64,000 nucleotides of DNA from Carcharhinus amblyrhynchos (GCA_965287045.1 OZ336874.1:37634001-37698000), one strand, 5' to 3'. Shown: positions 40,973 to 54,060, counted from the first letter of the stretch. The notes: generated by a model from the sequence alone, not told the origin. Program-made: numbers and translations.

Positions 40973-41589
40973 TAATTGGCCACATAAGGGGCTCAATACA
41001 AGGCAGGGGACAGGAAGGTTGACCATGGCCCTTCCTGCCCAGAACTTAATTTTGCTGGCGGTGGGAAGGCAACAGGGTCCTAGTGTGCCACCATCCTGCC
41101 TAGGGCCCTTCCCCCCCTCCAAGCTCACCAGCAGAGTGAACAGAAGAATCCACTCCTGGTCTCACTCCATAGTCCTCAATCTTCCTTTGTTTCAAGTATT
41201 TAGCCAGTTTCACTTAACATATTTAATTACGAATATGTTCAAGGCTGAGATAGACAGGTCTTTAATCAGCAAGAGATTTAAGGGTTATGGGGAGAAGGCG
41301 GGACAGTGGAGTTGAAGAATATCATAACAGATCAGTCATAATTTCATTGAATGGTGGAGCAGACCTGTTGGGCCAAATGGCCTTTTTCTGCTCCTGTGCC
41401 TTATGGTCTTAGGCCCAATGGCAAAGTTTTTCTATATTGCAAGTATTTTCTGAGTAGAGGAATTTTGCCTAACTTCTCTCCGTGCTCTTTTAATGACCAT
41501 TTTAAACTTGTCACTGACTCTTTAAAATCTTTATGATTTTTGAAACCTCAACATAATCTCCTCTTAGCTACAAGGGGATGGAATGTTTG

Positions 41590-42070
41590 AAGTAGGGGAG
41601 TCTTGCTACACCTGTCCTTCAGGATTCTGCCATCTCAGTCATTAGTGGTGCTACCAAGCCTCTCTTGGACTTGAAGACCCCTTCCCAGAGTACATTCTGT
41701 GCCCTCGCTACACTCAGTGTTTCTTCAACATGAGTGAGTGTGCTAGGTGGTAACCCATAGAAAGATTTATGCCTATATCTCACATGATATAATGAAATTT
41801 CATGATATTTGGAGTTAATGTTGAGGATGCCCAGGACCACTCCTTTCTGACGGCGTACCACTGTGCCACCATATCTGCTGGGTCTGTCCTGCCAGTGGAC
41901 AGCATATTCTCAGGAATGGGTGATGAAGAATCTGAGACATTAACAGTAAGGTATAATTCTTTAAGTATGACCATGTTACGTTGTTGATGATTAGACTGTG
42001 GGACAGATTTTCCAATGCAAAAACTTCTCACACACCACCACATGTTCCTGAGGAGAACTTTGCAAGGTCA
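41590..42070 (-). mobile_element. LINE endonuclease-region relic
   Basis: Frameshifted IPxYxLxxRQDRPSRxGGTVV-like AP-endonuclease motif; similar family at 56700-57090. Confidence 0.55.
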
Positions 42071-42079
42071 ATTGAACCT

Positions 42080-42432
42080 TTATTTTACTCATTCGTGGGG
42101 CATAGGTGTTGCTGGCTAGCCAGCATTTATTGCCCATCCCTAGTTGCCCTTGGAGGGCAGTTGAGAGTCAACCACATTGCTGTGGCTCTGGAGTCATGTA
42201 GGCCAGGTAAGGATGGCAAATTTCCTCCCTTAAAGTACATTAGTGAATCAGATGGGTTTTTCTGACATTTGACAATGGTTTCACGGTCATCTGTAGATTC
42301 TTAATTCCAGATATTTTTTATTGAATTCAAATTCAATCATCTGCCATGGTAGGATTCAGCCCTGACCCTCAAAATATCAGCTGAGTTTCTGGATTAATAG
42401 TCTAGTGATAATACACTAGGTCATCGCCTCCA
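42080..42432 (-). mobile_element. Shark SINE (same family as 3075), well preserved
   Basis: Complete from tail to tRNA-like head. Confidence 0.7.
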
Positions 42433-43253
42433 CTGGGTGTTGTTTCTGGTGTTAAGTTCAGTGCTGGACGATCTGTCCTCCTTTATTCTTATCAATTTTT
42501 TTCTAGTGATTTTGATACAACTGAGCAGTTTGCTAAGCCATTTCAGAGGGCAGTTAAGAGTTAACCATGTTGCTGTTGGTCTGAAATCACACATTGGTTA
42601 GATCACGAATGGATAGCAGATTTCTATTAGTGAACCAAACGAATTTTTACAACAATCTGGTAGGTTCTTGGTCACCATTACTAATGCTACCTTTTTATTC
42701 CAGGTTTGATTTAATTAGCCAAATTTAAATTTCCCTACTGTCGTGATAAGACTAGTCCAAGATGATAACCATATCCTTGAGGATAAATATTGGAAATCTG
42801 AAATGAAGTCAGGAGCTGCTGCCAATTCAAAACATATTTGTCAATATCTGTACAAATGCAAAGCAAATCCCTCAGCAGATTCTGACAGACGTACAATATA
42901 GTTCCTGTTTTAATCATTACTGAACAATGCCTTTGTCAACTGAGGTACCAGGTGAAACTCATATTTAAACTAATAACTACCATCCCCACAACCATAGCTC
43001 ATGTGTTTTCTCACTTACAAAAACAAAGTCAGTTAACAAAATTCCATTGGCAGCATGTTTTGAAACTTTGTAAGGAATGAATTGATAGACTTACAAAGGA
43101 GGTTTGAATTTTGTATTACCTTTCTTATTAATTGGTTATTTGCATTCATTGCAATGATTTCAACTCTTGATCCTAACAAAGGTCATTAAAAAAGAGTTAA
43201 AGCAATCAACTCAGCTAAGGGAGTCTGTTCTGGGATGTGAATAGCAAAATAGG

Positions 43254-43374
43254 AGTAAGAAGCCTCACAACACCAGGTTAAAGTCCAACAAGTTTATTTG
43301 ATAGTAAATCCACAAGCTTTTGGAACGCTGTTCCTTTGTCAGGTGACCCCAGTCCAACACCGGTATCTCCACTT
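43254..43374. mobile_element. Short Penelope-like insertion with degenerate hammerhead
   Basis: Same terminus as 13837; flanked by AATAGCAAAATAGG / AATAGCAAAGTAGG duplication. Confidence 0.7.
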
Positions 43375-45362
43375 AATAGCAAAGTAGGTACAGAGAGCAA
43401 ACAGAGATTCTGATCCAAATGTTGCCCCTGATTAAATCATTTGAAGATGCACTGTTAGATTCCACATGTATATTGGGACCACTAGATCTACCTCACTACC
43501 AACCCTTTCACTGCCTCTGTGCTGTTAGTCTGCTTGTCCAACATCCAATTGACAATTCATTCTTTAAAAAGTTCCAAAACATGATTGTCTTCATTTTTGT
43601 AAACATTTGTGCAATAAACTGAGATTATAGACTCTTATTATGGTATTGATATTTAAAAAAAAAACACTCTTAATCATTGCCTGTCAAGGGATAGGAAAAA
43701 GATTTAGCTTGCAGCAATGAAAAATGAATGTTTATCTAGAAGAGTTTTGGGAATGGTCATGTAAATATGAACTTTTCCTGATGCTTAAGTTAACAAAGGT
43801 ACTGTCCAGTAATGATTAAAAACAGGAAATGCTGGAAATGCATGGTATATTTGTCAGCAGCTGTTGAGGGAATTGCTGTATACTTATACGGATATTGCCA
43901 AATTTGCTTTGCACTTGCAGCAGCTCCTTACCTTATTTCAGCTTTCCAGCATTTGCTGTTTCTTTTCCCTGTCTTTTCTTACTTGCGTAGTATGGAACTG
44001 GACCATATTAATCATAGTTAATTGCTAACCTCCATCCTGTCCTGTTGAGGAGTGCACTTGCATGCGGGACACACAATCTGTTTTGACTGTGATATGCTAC
44101 ACAATTGGACTGCCAGCTGACACCACTTGGGTAGGTTCATCCATGAAGTATGGCTATTTAAATGATAAGCAGAAGATACCTAACCCCTATAGAATTGGCC
44201 AAATCAGTGACTTCAGGAAAGGGGTGAAGAAGAGTGAAAACACTGCAAATATGGGAGGATGTTTGTGTACATTCTGCCATGTTCAATAAATGGTGCTAAG
44301 TTGGAAATTTGTTTTAATATCAGTTCCAATGTGTTACTGCCAAGTTGTTAGGGACTTCAGCTGCAAATACACTGTGCTATTACACAACTTTTGTGCAGCT
44401 GTGCTTTTCTCATTGCTATTATACAGTAACTTTGTTGGTGCAATATATCATGGGACTGACCTTGGTAAAATATTAAGCTCCTTACTGGCACTGGGAGAAC
44501 CCAGCCTCACTGACGCAGTGTCATTCATTTCTAACCCTGATGCTGTGACTATAGGCCTAGTGTGCATCAAGATTTGCTCTCACACCAAATGGGCTTGTTT
44601 ATCTTAGGCCCAATGTCTACTGTGAAGAGGTGTGGCTTCCATTATCAGTCGAGTAAAAGATCCAAAAACATGAACATACTAAGATAATTGATCCCAAAAG
44701 ATTGCCTGCCAAAGGATTTCATTTTTTTAAACTCTCATGTTTGGCCCATTAATAGCCTTAGGCCCTGCCCTTTGAGTAGAACCTCTGGGGCAGGCACTAG
44801 TGTGGTTGTGCACATCCCAAATATTGAAATAAGTCCATTTCCAGTGTCCAGAACAGTGCCAATGGCACTTTCAAAAAGTTTCTAGAAGTCACGTCCTGCT
44901 GCACTTACGAAGCAGGAACTGAGCACCCAAGGTCTTTAGGTGCTAAGTAGTGCTTCAAAATAACAGGGAAGCTTGTTCAAACAAGGAAGTCGGATCACTA
45001 ACTTTAAAACAACCGCTGTAGTTTATATATTGGGTAGAGAGTACAGCAGGAATAAAATGTAAATTAAAGTCTGAAAGGAAACCACACTGATTCCATTAAC
45101 CATAACAGATTTCTTTGTGCTAATAGTAAATGAGCTTGACAATAACTGTAAGTTAACTAAATATTTTATTTTCTGTACAAATGAAACACTTTACCGTAGC
45201 AAGCACCATCACTGATGATAAAATGAGCTCTCAGTTAAATGGTGATCGAATTGATGTGTTTAAAGGAGTTGGTAGGATGTATAGGGACTATTTCCCCTGG
45301 TGGGGTAAGTGGAACCAGGAGCAAGGAGGTAAGAAATTGGGAGGCATGAGCTCAAAATTACC

Positions 45363-45578
45363 GATAGTAGTCATGATGTGGAGATGCCGGCATTGGACTG
45401 GGGTAAACACAGTAAGAAACACAGTAAATTACTGATAGTAGTCATGGCGTGGAGATGCCGGCATTGGACTGGGATAAACACAATAAGAAGTCTCACAACA
45501 CCAGGTTAAAGTCCAACCAATTTACTATCAAATAAATTGGTTGGACTTTAACCTGGTGTTGTGAGGCTTCTTACTGTA
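45363..45578. mobile_element. Penelope-like fold-back insertion
   Basis: Exact 12-bp TSD CTCAAAATTACC (45351-45362 and 45579-45590); internal tandem duplication and ~45-bp inverted repeat; interrupts a CR1 relic. Confidence 0.8.
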
Positions 45579-47092
45579 CTCAAAATTACCACCAGACCAT
45601 TAAGGGATGGTGTCAGGAAGCATCTCATTGCATTTGTTGAAATGGAAATCTGGACTCTCTACTGGAACTGTTGGTCTCCTGTTGTTGTATCTCTGCATTT
45701 ATTCTTTTGTGTTTGTAGTACAGCAAACAATTGAAAATTAGATCCGGAGCACATTAACAAAAAATTGAATTAGTTGCAGTCTTGTAAAAGTAGCATACAT
45801 TTTGTGGAATCCCCATTGACCCAATGTATTATATGACTCCAAAATGCACGCTTAGGCCTCTACTCAGTGTATAATGGACACCCCTATTTTCCAGTACTGC
45901 ATGTTTAGGGCTATGGGGAGTTGGCCTCAGGTTTTCAGCTCAGAAGTGCATGTTTTGATTTATGCTGTCTTTTAAGTTTGTGCTTGCAAGAAAGCTGGCG
46001 ATACCTGCTGCTTGCCAATAAGTTACGAGGGAGTTTTAAACACTCTTCAAATATCAAAACGGCGATCATCTACACCAATTCTGGAACTTCACATTTTATA
46101 CTTGGCGTATAGATCAACCCCTGTTTTTAAAAATGTTTTCAAAGCTTCAAAGCTTCAAAAGTTGACCCAAGTCATGATCTATGGGAAACTATATACAATA
46201 GGTTGTCTGAAGTGTGCAGTTTCACACACTGGGCAGGGTTACCCTAGACATGATGATGGTCATGGCTTTGGTTGCCTGGTTGGGGAGGGGTGTCTTGTTG
46301 TGCAAAGTGTCTGATAAAGTGTAATGAACTGGCATCTAACATTTCAGAGGTTACGCTAATGATACCTTTGCCTTATAAATTGTTACATAAACCAAAAATA
46401 AAATAAAGTTATCACCAAGACCAAATAGTATTATTATTGTAACAGGATTATATAGACAAAACCAAGGCATAATGTTTTTTGGAGTTCAGCTATTTTGCTG
46501 AAGATATAAATTTTACTTTGACCTTGTACTACATGTTCGTCAATACAACTTATTCAAATTATTCATTTTAAAACACTATTTTTTAAAAAAAGAATCTTTT
46601 CCATTAGTTGCTCTATTTAGCTGAATAAGTAGAGATTTGAGACCTGATTGTTGGTGTGAAAATGTTACAGCATGCCTACAGTAAATTCCACCCGCCCCAC
46701 ATGCTCCAACTTCAGCACTCCTCCAGTGTCTTTCCTGTTGCCGGTCAGGTGGCTGGTCCTGACTGCTGCAGATGGTGAGGCTTCAGTCATGCTCTTCAGT
46801 CCATAGCTGCTCGATGTCATGCTCCAAAGCCACCTGCTGTCTCCTCAATGGAAGCAAAGCAGCCTGCCACCTCTTAAGTTCCAGCCACTGGGTCAACATC
46901 TTGTAGGAATCCCAGGATTGGGAAAGGAGGATGAAAGACAGTTGCTAAGGGAGTGCGCCAAAAGTGATTTGTTTAATTTTTTTGGGCAGAATGCATTATT
47001 GATCTGATAAGTGTTGATTTAGATTTGTAATAGTTTTTATGCACGCAGTTAGGAAGATTCCAATTAGTGTTAGCAGAAAGACAATGATGTGG

Positions 47093-48790
47093 AATCACAA
47101 GAAATAGGAGGAGTAGGCCATTTTGCCCATCAAGCCTATTCTGCCATTCAATAGGATTAGGGTTGATCTGATTGGAACTTTAACTCCATTTTTCTGTCTA
47201 TCAATCATAACCCATGGATCTTGGAAATCAAAAATCTGTTCAATTTAGCCTCGAATATATTCAATAAATCACCTGCTCCCTGGGAAAGTAATTCCAAAGA
47301 CTAGAAACCCATTGAGTAAAACAAATCCTCCTCATCTCCATCTTAAATGACAAAACCCTTATTTTTAAACTGTTCCTCAGTGCTGGATTCCCTCAAGGAA
47401 AACATAGAGTCATATAGTACTGAACAGTACAATACTGAAAGAGGCCCTTTGGACCATTGTGTCTGCCATCAAGCACCTATCTATTCTAATCCTAGGCTAC
47501 TTGAATCTGTAGCCTTGTATGCCATGGTATCCTCTCAGCATCTATCTTGCCAAGCCCCCTAAGATTCTTATGTTTCATTAAGTTCACCTCTCATTTTCTA
47601 AATTCCAGTGAGTAAAGTTCAGCCAGCTCAACCTTTCCCCATAACACAAACCCTTCATCCCAGGAATCAGCCTATTAAACCTTTCACTGCTTCCAAGGCA
47701 AGAACATTGCTGCTTAAATACTGTGACCAAAACTACACACAGTACTCTAGGTATGGTCTTACCAATTCCCTGTAAAGTTATAGGAAGATTTCCCTACTTT
47801 TGTACAGTACAAGTTATCCTCCATCCCACTTGCAATGAAGGCCAACATTCCATTTGCCTTCCTAATTATTTTGCATACTTGCATGCAAACATTTTGTGAT
47901 TCACGTATAAAGACACCCAGATCCCTCTGTACTGCAGCATTCTGTAGTCTCCATTTAAATAATATTGTGCATTTTCTATTCTTGCTACTAAAGTAAACAA
48001 TCTCACATTTTCCCCACATTAGACTCCATCTGCTAAATTTTTGCCCATTCATTTAACCCATCTATATCCCTTTGCAGGCTCATTGTATTCTCCCCACAAC
48101 TGGTTTATCTAGCTATATCTGTATTGTAGTCAGATTTTCAGATGATACTGTGGGTCACTTCTTTCAAATCATTTATATAGACTGTAAATAGTTGAAGCCC
48201 CAAGTTGGTCTTTCTGGCACTCCACTAGTTTGCCAACATGAAAATGACCCATTTATCCTCACTTTTTGTTTCCTAGTGGATAGTTAATTCTCTATCTGTA
48301 CTCATATATCATCCCCAATGCTGTGAGTTCTTCTGCAGTAATCTCTTACCCAGCACACTATCAACTGCCTTTTAGAAATCTAAATACACTACAACTTCTG
48401 TTACCCCTCTATCCACCCTGCTTGTTACATCTTCAAAGAAGTCTATTAATTTTGTCAAAAATGATTTCCACGTTATTTCTGCCTGATTATATTATGATTT
48501 TCTTAATACCCTGCTACCATCTCCTTAAAAATGGATCCCATCATTTTCCCAATGAAAGCTTTGAGGCTAATCAGCCTATAGTTTCCCACTCTCCGTCTCC
48601 CTCCTTTCTTGAACATAAGATTTATGATTTTTCAATCTATTGCGACTTTTCCCAAACCTCAGGGAATTTTGGAAGATTACAAACAATGCATCCAATGTTT
48701 CTGCCTCCACTTTTTTTAAGATCCTACAATGAAAGCCATCAAGTCCAGGAGACTTGTCAGCTTTTAGTCCTATTAGTTTTCCTAGTACAT
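47093..48790 (-). mobile_element. CR1 LINE 3' relic
   Basis: LQNAAVQRDLGV, RKANGMLAFIA motifs; 3' tail near 47100. Confidence 0.85.
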
Positions 48791-49079
48791 TTACTTTAAA
48801 TGATGGTTTAAGTTCCTCCCTCCCTTTTTTCTCTTGATTTTTTTGTGGGTAGGGAGGGCTAGTGTGAGTGATTGTGGGATCTATTGTATATTTACTCAGG
48901 AGTTAGACTATCTGTCTAACATTTCCTCCATAACTACCAGAGAAGAGGGAAATTGTACAATGGAAGTTCAAATTCCTGGGTAATTTCTGGGGAGTCAGTG
49001 CATTGTGTCTTCCGAGGAATCTTGGGCAGTACTTCTAGCCTCGGATGATCCAGAGAATGGAAGATCTGGGTCAGTCCGA

Positions 49080-49230
49080 AAGACATACTGGTTAGGTGCA
49101 TTGGCTATGCTAAATTTTCCCAAACTTACCCAAACATGCGCTGGAGTGTGGCGACTAGGGCATTTTCACAGTCACTTCATTGCAGTGTTAATGTAATCCT
49201 ATTTGTGATATTAATAAATAAACTTTAAAC
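49080..49230 (+). mobile_element. 3' part of alternative-tail V-SINE
   Basis: GTGTGGCGACTAGGGCATTTTCACAGTCACTTCATTGCAGTGTTAATGTAA tail. Confidence 0.7.
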
Positions 49231-50139
49231 TTGGATAAATAGAATTTTTAAAAAATGTATATCAGGTAAACACAATAACATTTACAAATAATTTGGTAAT
49301 ACCTTAAACTGGTACCAATTGCGAGAATTATTATAAACAGTAGTCATTCTGTGTATGTCACAATTGAAAAATATTTACATTGCTAATTTCTCCACAGTAA
49401 TTTGTAATGCACCAAAGTTAAACTAATGCAATATAAGCTGCACATCCGTAGCCCTCAAGTCAGAATCTCTAACAAAATTATGTTTATTACATTTACAGCA
49501 ATTGCAGATAAAGGATAAATAAAATTGTACAAGACAGTTCTGTTTACAAAATATTAAGAGGGAAGGGGGAAAAGTTACAGGGCCAAAATTATCAGCAACA
49601 AATGCTACTGTGCACAATCCCAGCTGAGGAGGGGAAGTTGAACTGATGTATTTTATAGCAAAGAATGTTCCAAAATGGTAATGACTCCGGAAAACAATTT
49701 AAGGTTATTATATTATTGCTGTTTTAGATAAGCTAGATATCAGATATTTGCTGTTCTTCCTCCCATCTCAGATATGTTATTTAAAAACCTCCACAAATTT
49801 AAAAAAGTGTACTTATCGAATGAATTCCAGTTTTTCCAAATTAAATGTGGCACAATAGCTTATAGCTTCAAGCTGTATTAGCTGTATGACTAATACATTG
49901 ATTAGTCATTTCCAACTCTGTGCAATAGCATGTTAATATCATAGTATGTTACAGCCCCAGGAGGAGGGAACAATAACTCTTCTATCTACCACTCTAAGTC
50001 TGGACTTTACGGAGTTTTTTGTGAGTTTAGCAAGGCTGTGCTTTGTCAATACTGCAGAAGTCCCATTATGTACACTTTTAAATTATAAGGAATTAGCCAG
50101 GTTTTTTTGTGTTTCCTTGACATTAAGTGGTAATGCCAT

Positions 50140-50752
50140 CATTTATTCCTACACCATCAATACCCTGGTAGCTACTACAAGTGTAGGGCAAGGGCTGGAC
50201 AATCTGGAGGAGTGTCAAACTTTCTGACTCCTCCAAGCTTTTCACCATCCACAAGACTCAAGTCAGGACTAGAATGGAAATCTCTTCACATGCCTGGTTG
50301 AGTGCATCTCCAACAATACTCACAAAACTTGACACCATCCAGGATAAACAGCTCAGTTGAGTGACACCAAAACCACCACTTTAAGCATTTATTGCCTCCA
50401 CCACTAATACACTATAGCTTTGGTGTGGATTTTATATATGAAGCACTACAACAATGTTTTCTTGTACAGTAATGTTTACTACCTTGACGGAGAAAGACAG
50501 CAACTGCACAGGAACAGCTTGTTTTCCTCCAAGTCAGACATTATGCCGACTTGTAAACATATCCTGTTCCTTCATTGTTGCAAATTCAAAATCCTGGAAG
50601 CTGCTTCGTAACAGCACTCTCTGCATACCTACATCACATGGGTGGCAGAGGTTTAAAAGGTGACTCACTATCACCTTCTCAAGGGCAATTCAGATCAGAC
50701 AATATATGCTGGCCTTGCCAGGGTGTCCACATTCCATGAACGATTTAAAATA
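50140..50752 (+). mobile_element. CR1/L2-group LINE 3' relic
   Basis: Reverse complement of the tail family at 11870 (CACCTTCTCAAGGGCAATT...GCTGGCCTTGCCAG). Confidence 0.65.
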
Positions 50753-50920
50753 AAATTGTTAAATATTTTGATGTTTGAAATCTCTTATCAGATTGGCCAC
50801 ATTGCTGGCAGTAATTCATGATGAAGATTGTGCATACTCTTTAAAACTTTTTATCTAATCTACAAGGTTTAACTGCATCAGATCTGCCCAGCTAGTTCGT
50901 CACGATGCTGATATTATCAA

Positions 50921-51055
50921 GCAGTGAACAGATGGCTCTGATTGAACATTTAATGTAGATTATGAGGGGGAAGAGGATTCTGAATCAGTTCTCTTGCATT
51001 TGTACTCATCACAACCTATTGGCTAAAGTGATAAGATAACTTGCAGAAATTAGAA
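50921..51055 (+). repeat. 135-bp direct repeat, copy 1
   Basis: Matches 51765-51899 with about three substitutions. Confidence 0.95.
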
Positions 51056-51764
51056 TGTAGTTGGTACTCTGCTGTTGTATTTTAGAGCTTTTAAGAGTCT
51101 GAATGCTTATTGTGCAATTTGAAGCAATTGTGCAGTGGAGCGCTTGAGTTTTGAACAGTCAAATGAAAGTCAGTCAAAGAAGTTAAACTTGCTATTATTT
51201 CATTAGTTCAATTTTAACCTTCGCTCATTTGTTGTACACCTCAGTGGCATCTATATTATTCTGTGGCTATCAGGGTATTTTCTGTCCTGTATGATTAGAG
51301 ATGATTTTCAAACGTTGCCTGCTTGTTTCTTGCCTGAGAAACAGGGACTGCTAGTTGAAAATTGGATTGGGAGGAACACCTCTGCCAGCAAGTGGGTCAA
51401 TGTCATACTCAGCTGTTACAGGTGGGTGGAGAGGGGGAGGGAGCTGGGCAAAAATTATGCAAATCAATGTCCTATCCACGCACGTTTTCTCCACTTGTCT
51501 AAGAACTGATGTATTTTGGGCAATTCCATGCAGCTCTCTAATGGTAATTCTTCATGAGGTAATGCTCTTTGATAGGTGTAGTAATTGTAGGAGTTGGTGA
51601 GCATCAGTTAGTTGTATAAACTATAATGGTTTGTTCACGAGGAGATAATGATATATAAAGGTACTTTTGTGATGGTAACACTTCCAGCTCTAGGACCAGA
51701 TCTGGCTGCAAAAGCCCATCCTCTGCACCAAGAACCCTGCGTTCATTCCACATTGGCCGATTGG

Positions 51765-51899
51765 GCGGTGAACAGATGGCTCTGATTGAACATTTAATGT
51801 AGATTATGAGGAGGAAGAGGATTCTGAATCAGTTCTCTTGCATTTGTACTCATCACAACCTATTGGCTAAAGTGATAAGATAACTTGCAGAAATCAGAA
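51765..51899 (+). repeat. 135-bp direct repeat, copy 2
   Basis: Offset 844 bp from copy 1. Confidence 0.95.
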
Positions 51900-52184
51900 A
51901 TCAACCAATGACCCAACCAATGTTGCCTCTTAAAGGGCCAGCCACTACAATAGGATATATTAAGTTTTTCAGAACTTTTCTAACATCAACCTCCAAGAAA
52001 AACCATACCATAACAAAATGCTCCAAGGTCTGTTGGTAGCATTTGTTGATGAAATTCAAAATTGTTGGGGATACAATACATTGTCCTGAATTTTGCTGCT
52101 TTTTGTGGAGAGGAGTCCCATTGTTTTCATTAGCGGGCATTGTTGACGATGGTGACTATATAATTTAACAATGGATATTTGGCC

Positions 52185-52672
52185 AATGCATTGAGGTTGC
52201 AGAAGAGCTTCACCAGGATGCTGCCTGGGGTGGAGCATTTAAGTTATGAAGAGAGGTTGGATAGGCTTGGGCTGTTTTCTTTGGAGCAGAGAAGGTTTAG
52301 GGGGCAACCCCATTGAGGTATACAAGATTATGAGGGGCATGGACAGTGTGGATAAGGAACAGCTATTCCCCTTAGTTGAAAGGTCAGTCACGAGGGGACA
52401 GAAGTTCAAGGTGAGGGGAGGGAGGTTTAGGGGGATGTGAGGAAAAACATTTTTACCCAGAGGGTCTGGAATGTGCTGCTTGGCAGGGTGGTGGTGACAA
52501 GGTGCCTCACATCCTTTCAAAAGTACCTTGATGATCACTTGGCATGACATAACATTCAGCGCTATGAACCAAGTGCTGATGAATGGGATTAGGTGGGAGG
52601 TCAGGTGTTTCTCGTGTGTCAGTGCAGACTTGATGGGCTGAAGCCTTCTTCTGCACTTTATGATTCAATGAT
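52185..52672 (+). mobile_element. CR1 LINE 3' fragment
   Basis: EVYKIMRGMDSVD..LFPLV..TRGQKFKV motif and tail. Confidence 0.85.
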
Positions 52673-52720
52673 TCCAAGTAAATCAGCCAATGCAATGAAT
52701 TATTTCTTATAAGACTCATT

Positions 52721-53345
52721 GGTCAGATTCTCCCAGCCCACTGCGATGCTCGAGCAGCACAGTGAGCTGGGAAACATCAGCGGTGGCCATTTTGCAGGAT
52801 TGATGCTGGTGCACCCTGCCCTCCATGCATCTCCCAGGCGCCCGTTTTTTGCGTATTTGATTCCACAACGGAAATCAGCACAGAGCTGGTTATCATATTG
52901 AAATGAGTATTTCAATATGATTAGCAGGCCCGGGCTGGTATTTTCTGAGTCCATTAGCATCTCACCCATCCAGCCAGGAATTGTTCCCTCCAGTGGCATT
53001 TACGACTGCTCCCCACTAAAGAGGAACAGGTGTCCTGACCCCGCTGGCAGGAATAGAGGCCACTGAGATCTCCCGGGATGTCAAGTGTAAGGGAGATGCC
53101 CCTTTGGTAGTGCCAGCCTGTAACCCTGGCTCTGCCCAAGAAGCGAACTGGTGGAACATAGGGGCTGGCCCAGGGAAGTCCAGGAGACAGCAATTGGCGG
53201 GTTGGGGGATCGGAAGGCCAGCAATCGGGGTGGTTGCAGAGTTGGTCAGTGTTTGGGAATGCTGGCGACTGGGAGGCCAACAATGGGGGGGAGGGCACTG
53301 CTCAGTGTGCCTCCTCGCTCTGACAGATCACTGCATGCACAGTAA
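52721..53345. mobile_element. Harbinger-family non-autonomous fragment
   Basis: Begins GGTCAGATTCTCCC and resembles the reverse complement of the right ends at 28200-28420 and 33300-34371. Confidence 0.55.
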
Positions 53346-54060
53346 GACTTTGAGGTGAAAGGATATTATGATCAGCAAATATGCAACCTAGTTATCTGAA
53401 CCTGGTTACCTAAAAGGCACTTGACCTGAAATCAGCAGATTCATAGCAAATTAAAATAATTTATTACATACAAACAAAAAATTTACATAGACTAATTGTT
53501 TTCATTTACAATTAAACTTTTAATGTTTATACATTGGCTCAATTACAGAGTATATTACTAGCTATGGGATCATGGTATATTCTCGGTCATTGTGTCAACC
53601 ACAAATCATTTTGTTGTTTTGTTTTACCATTTGATTTTGGGTAAAAAATGATGAGAATATCTTCTTAGAAATTTTCAGTTTATTCTGCCAATTTTCCTCC
53701 TCCTTTGACGACACTGCTTTCTGGGTTGGATTCCATAGACACTGATTATCCTCTGGAATCTCAATTAAACTAGCAGAGATTGCTGGGTAGGGACATCGGC
53801 CAATTTTCTCTTCAATCCAGTATTACTGAGGTCAATTGTCAAACATGACACTATTTGCAATTGGTTTCCTGGTTTGCACGGTTTATCTACTCATTGGATA
53901 AACTCACTGAACTCAAGTCCAGTTCTATTTTTAAATACAATTAAATTATTTCATGGGCACAAATTCAAAACACAACTTTAGCAATAACTTGAAACAGTGT
54001 AACATCTGTTCATTTGTCTTTCCAAGGATGTCTGAATTAGAACAAACGTGAACTCATAGA

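Noticed and set aside
46243-46318. C/D box snoRNA candidate (ATGATGA...CTGA)
   Set aside because: No terminal stem outside the boxes, no recognisable rRNA guide, far from any splice site
50921-51899. TRIM or LTR element interpretation of the direct repeats
   Set aside because: No TG..CA termini, TSD, primer-binding site or polypurine tract recognised
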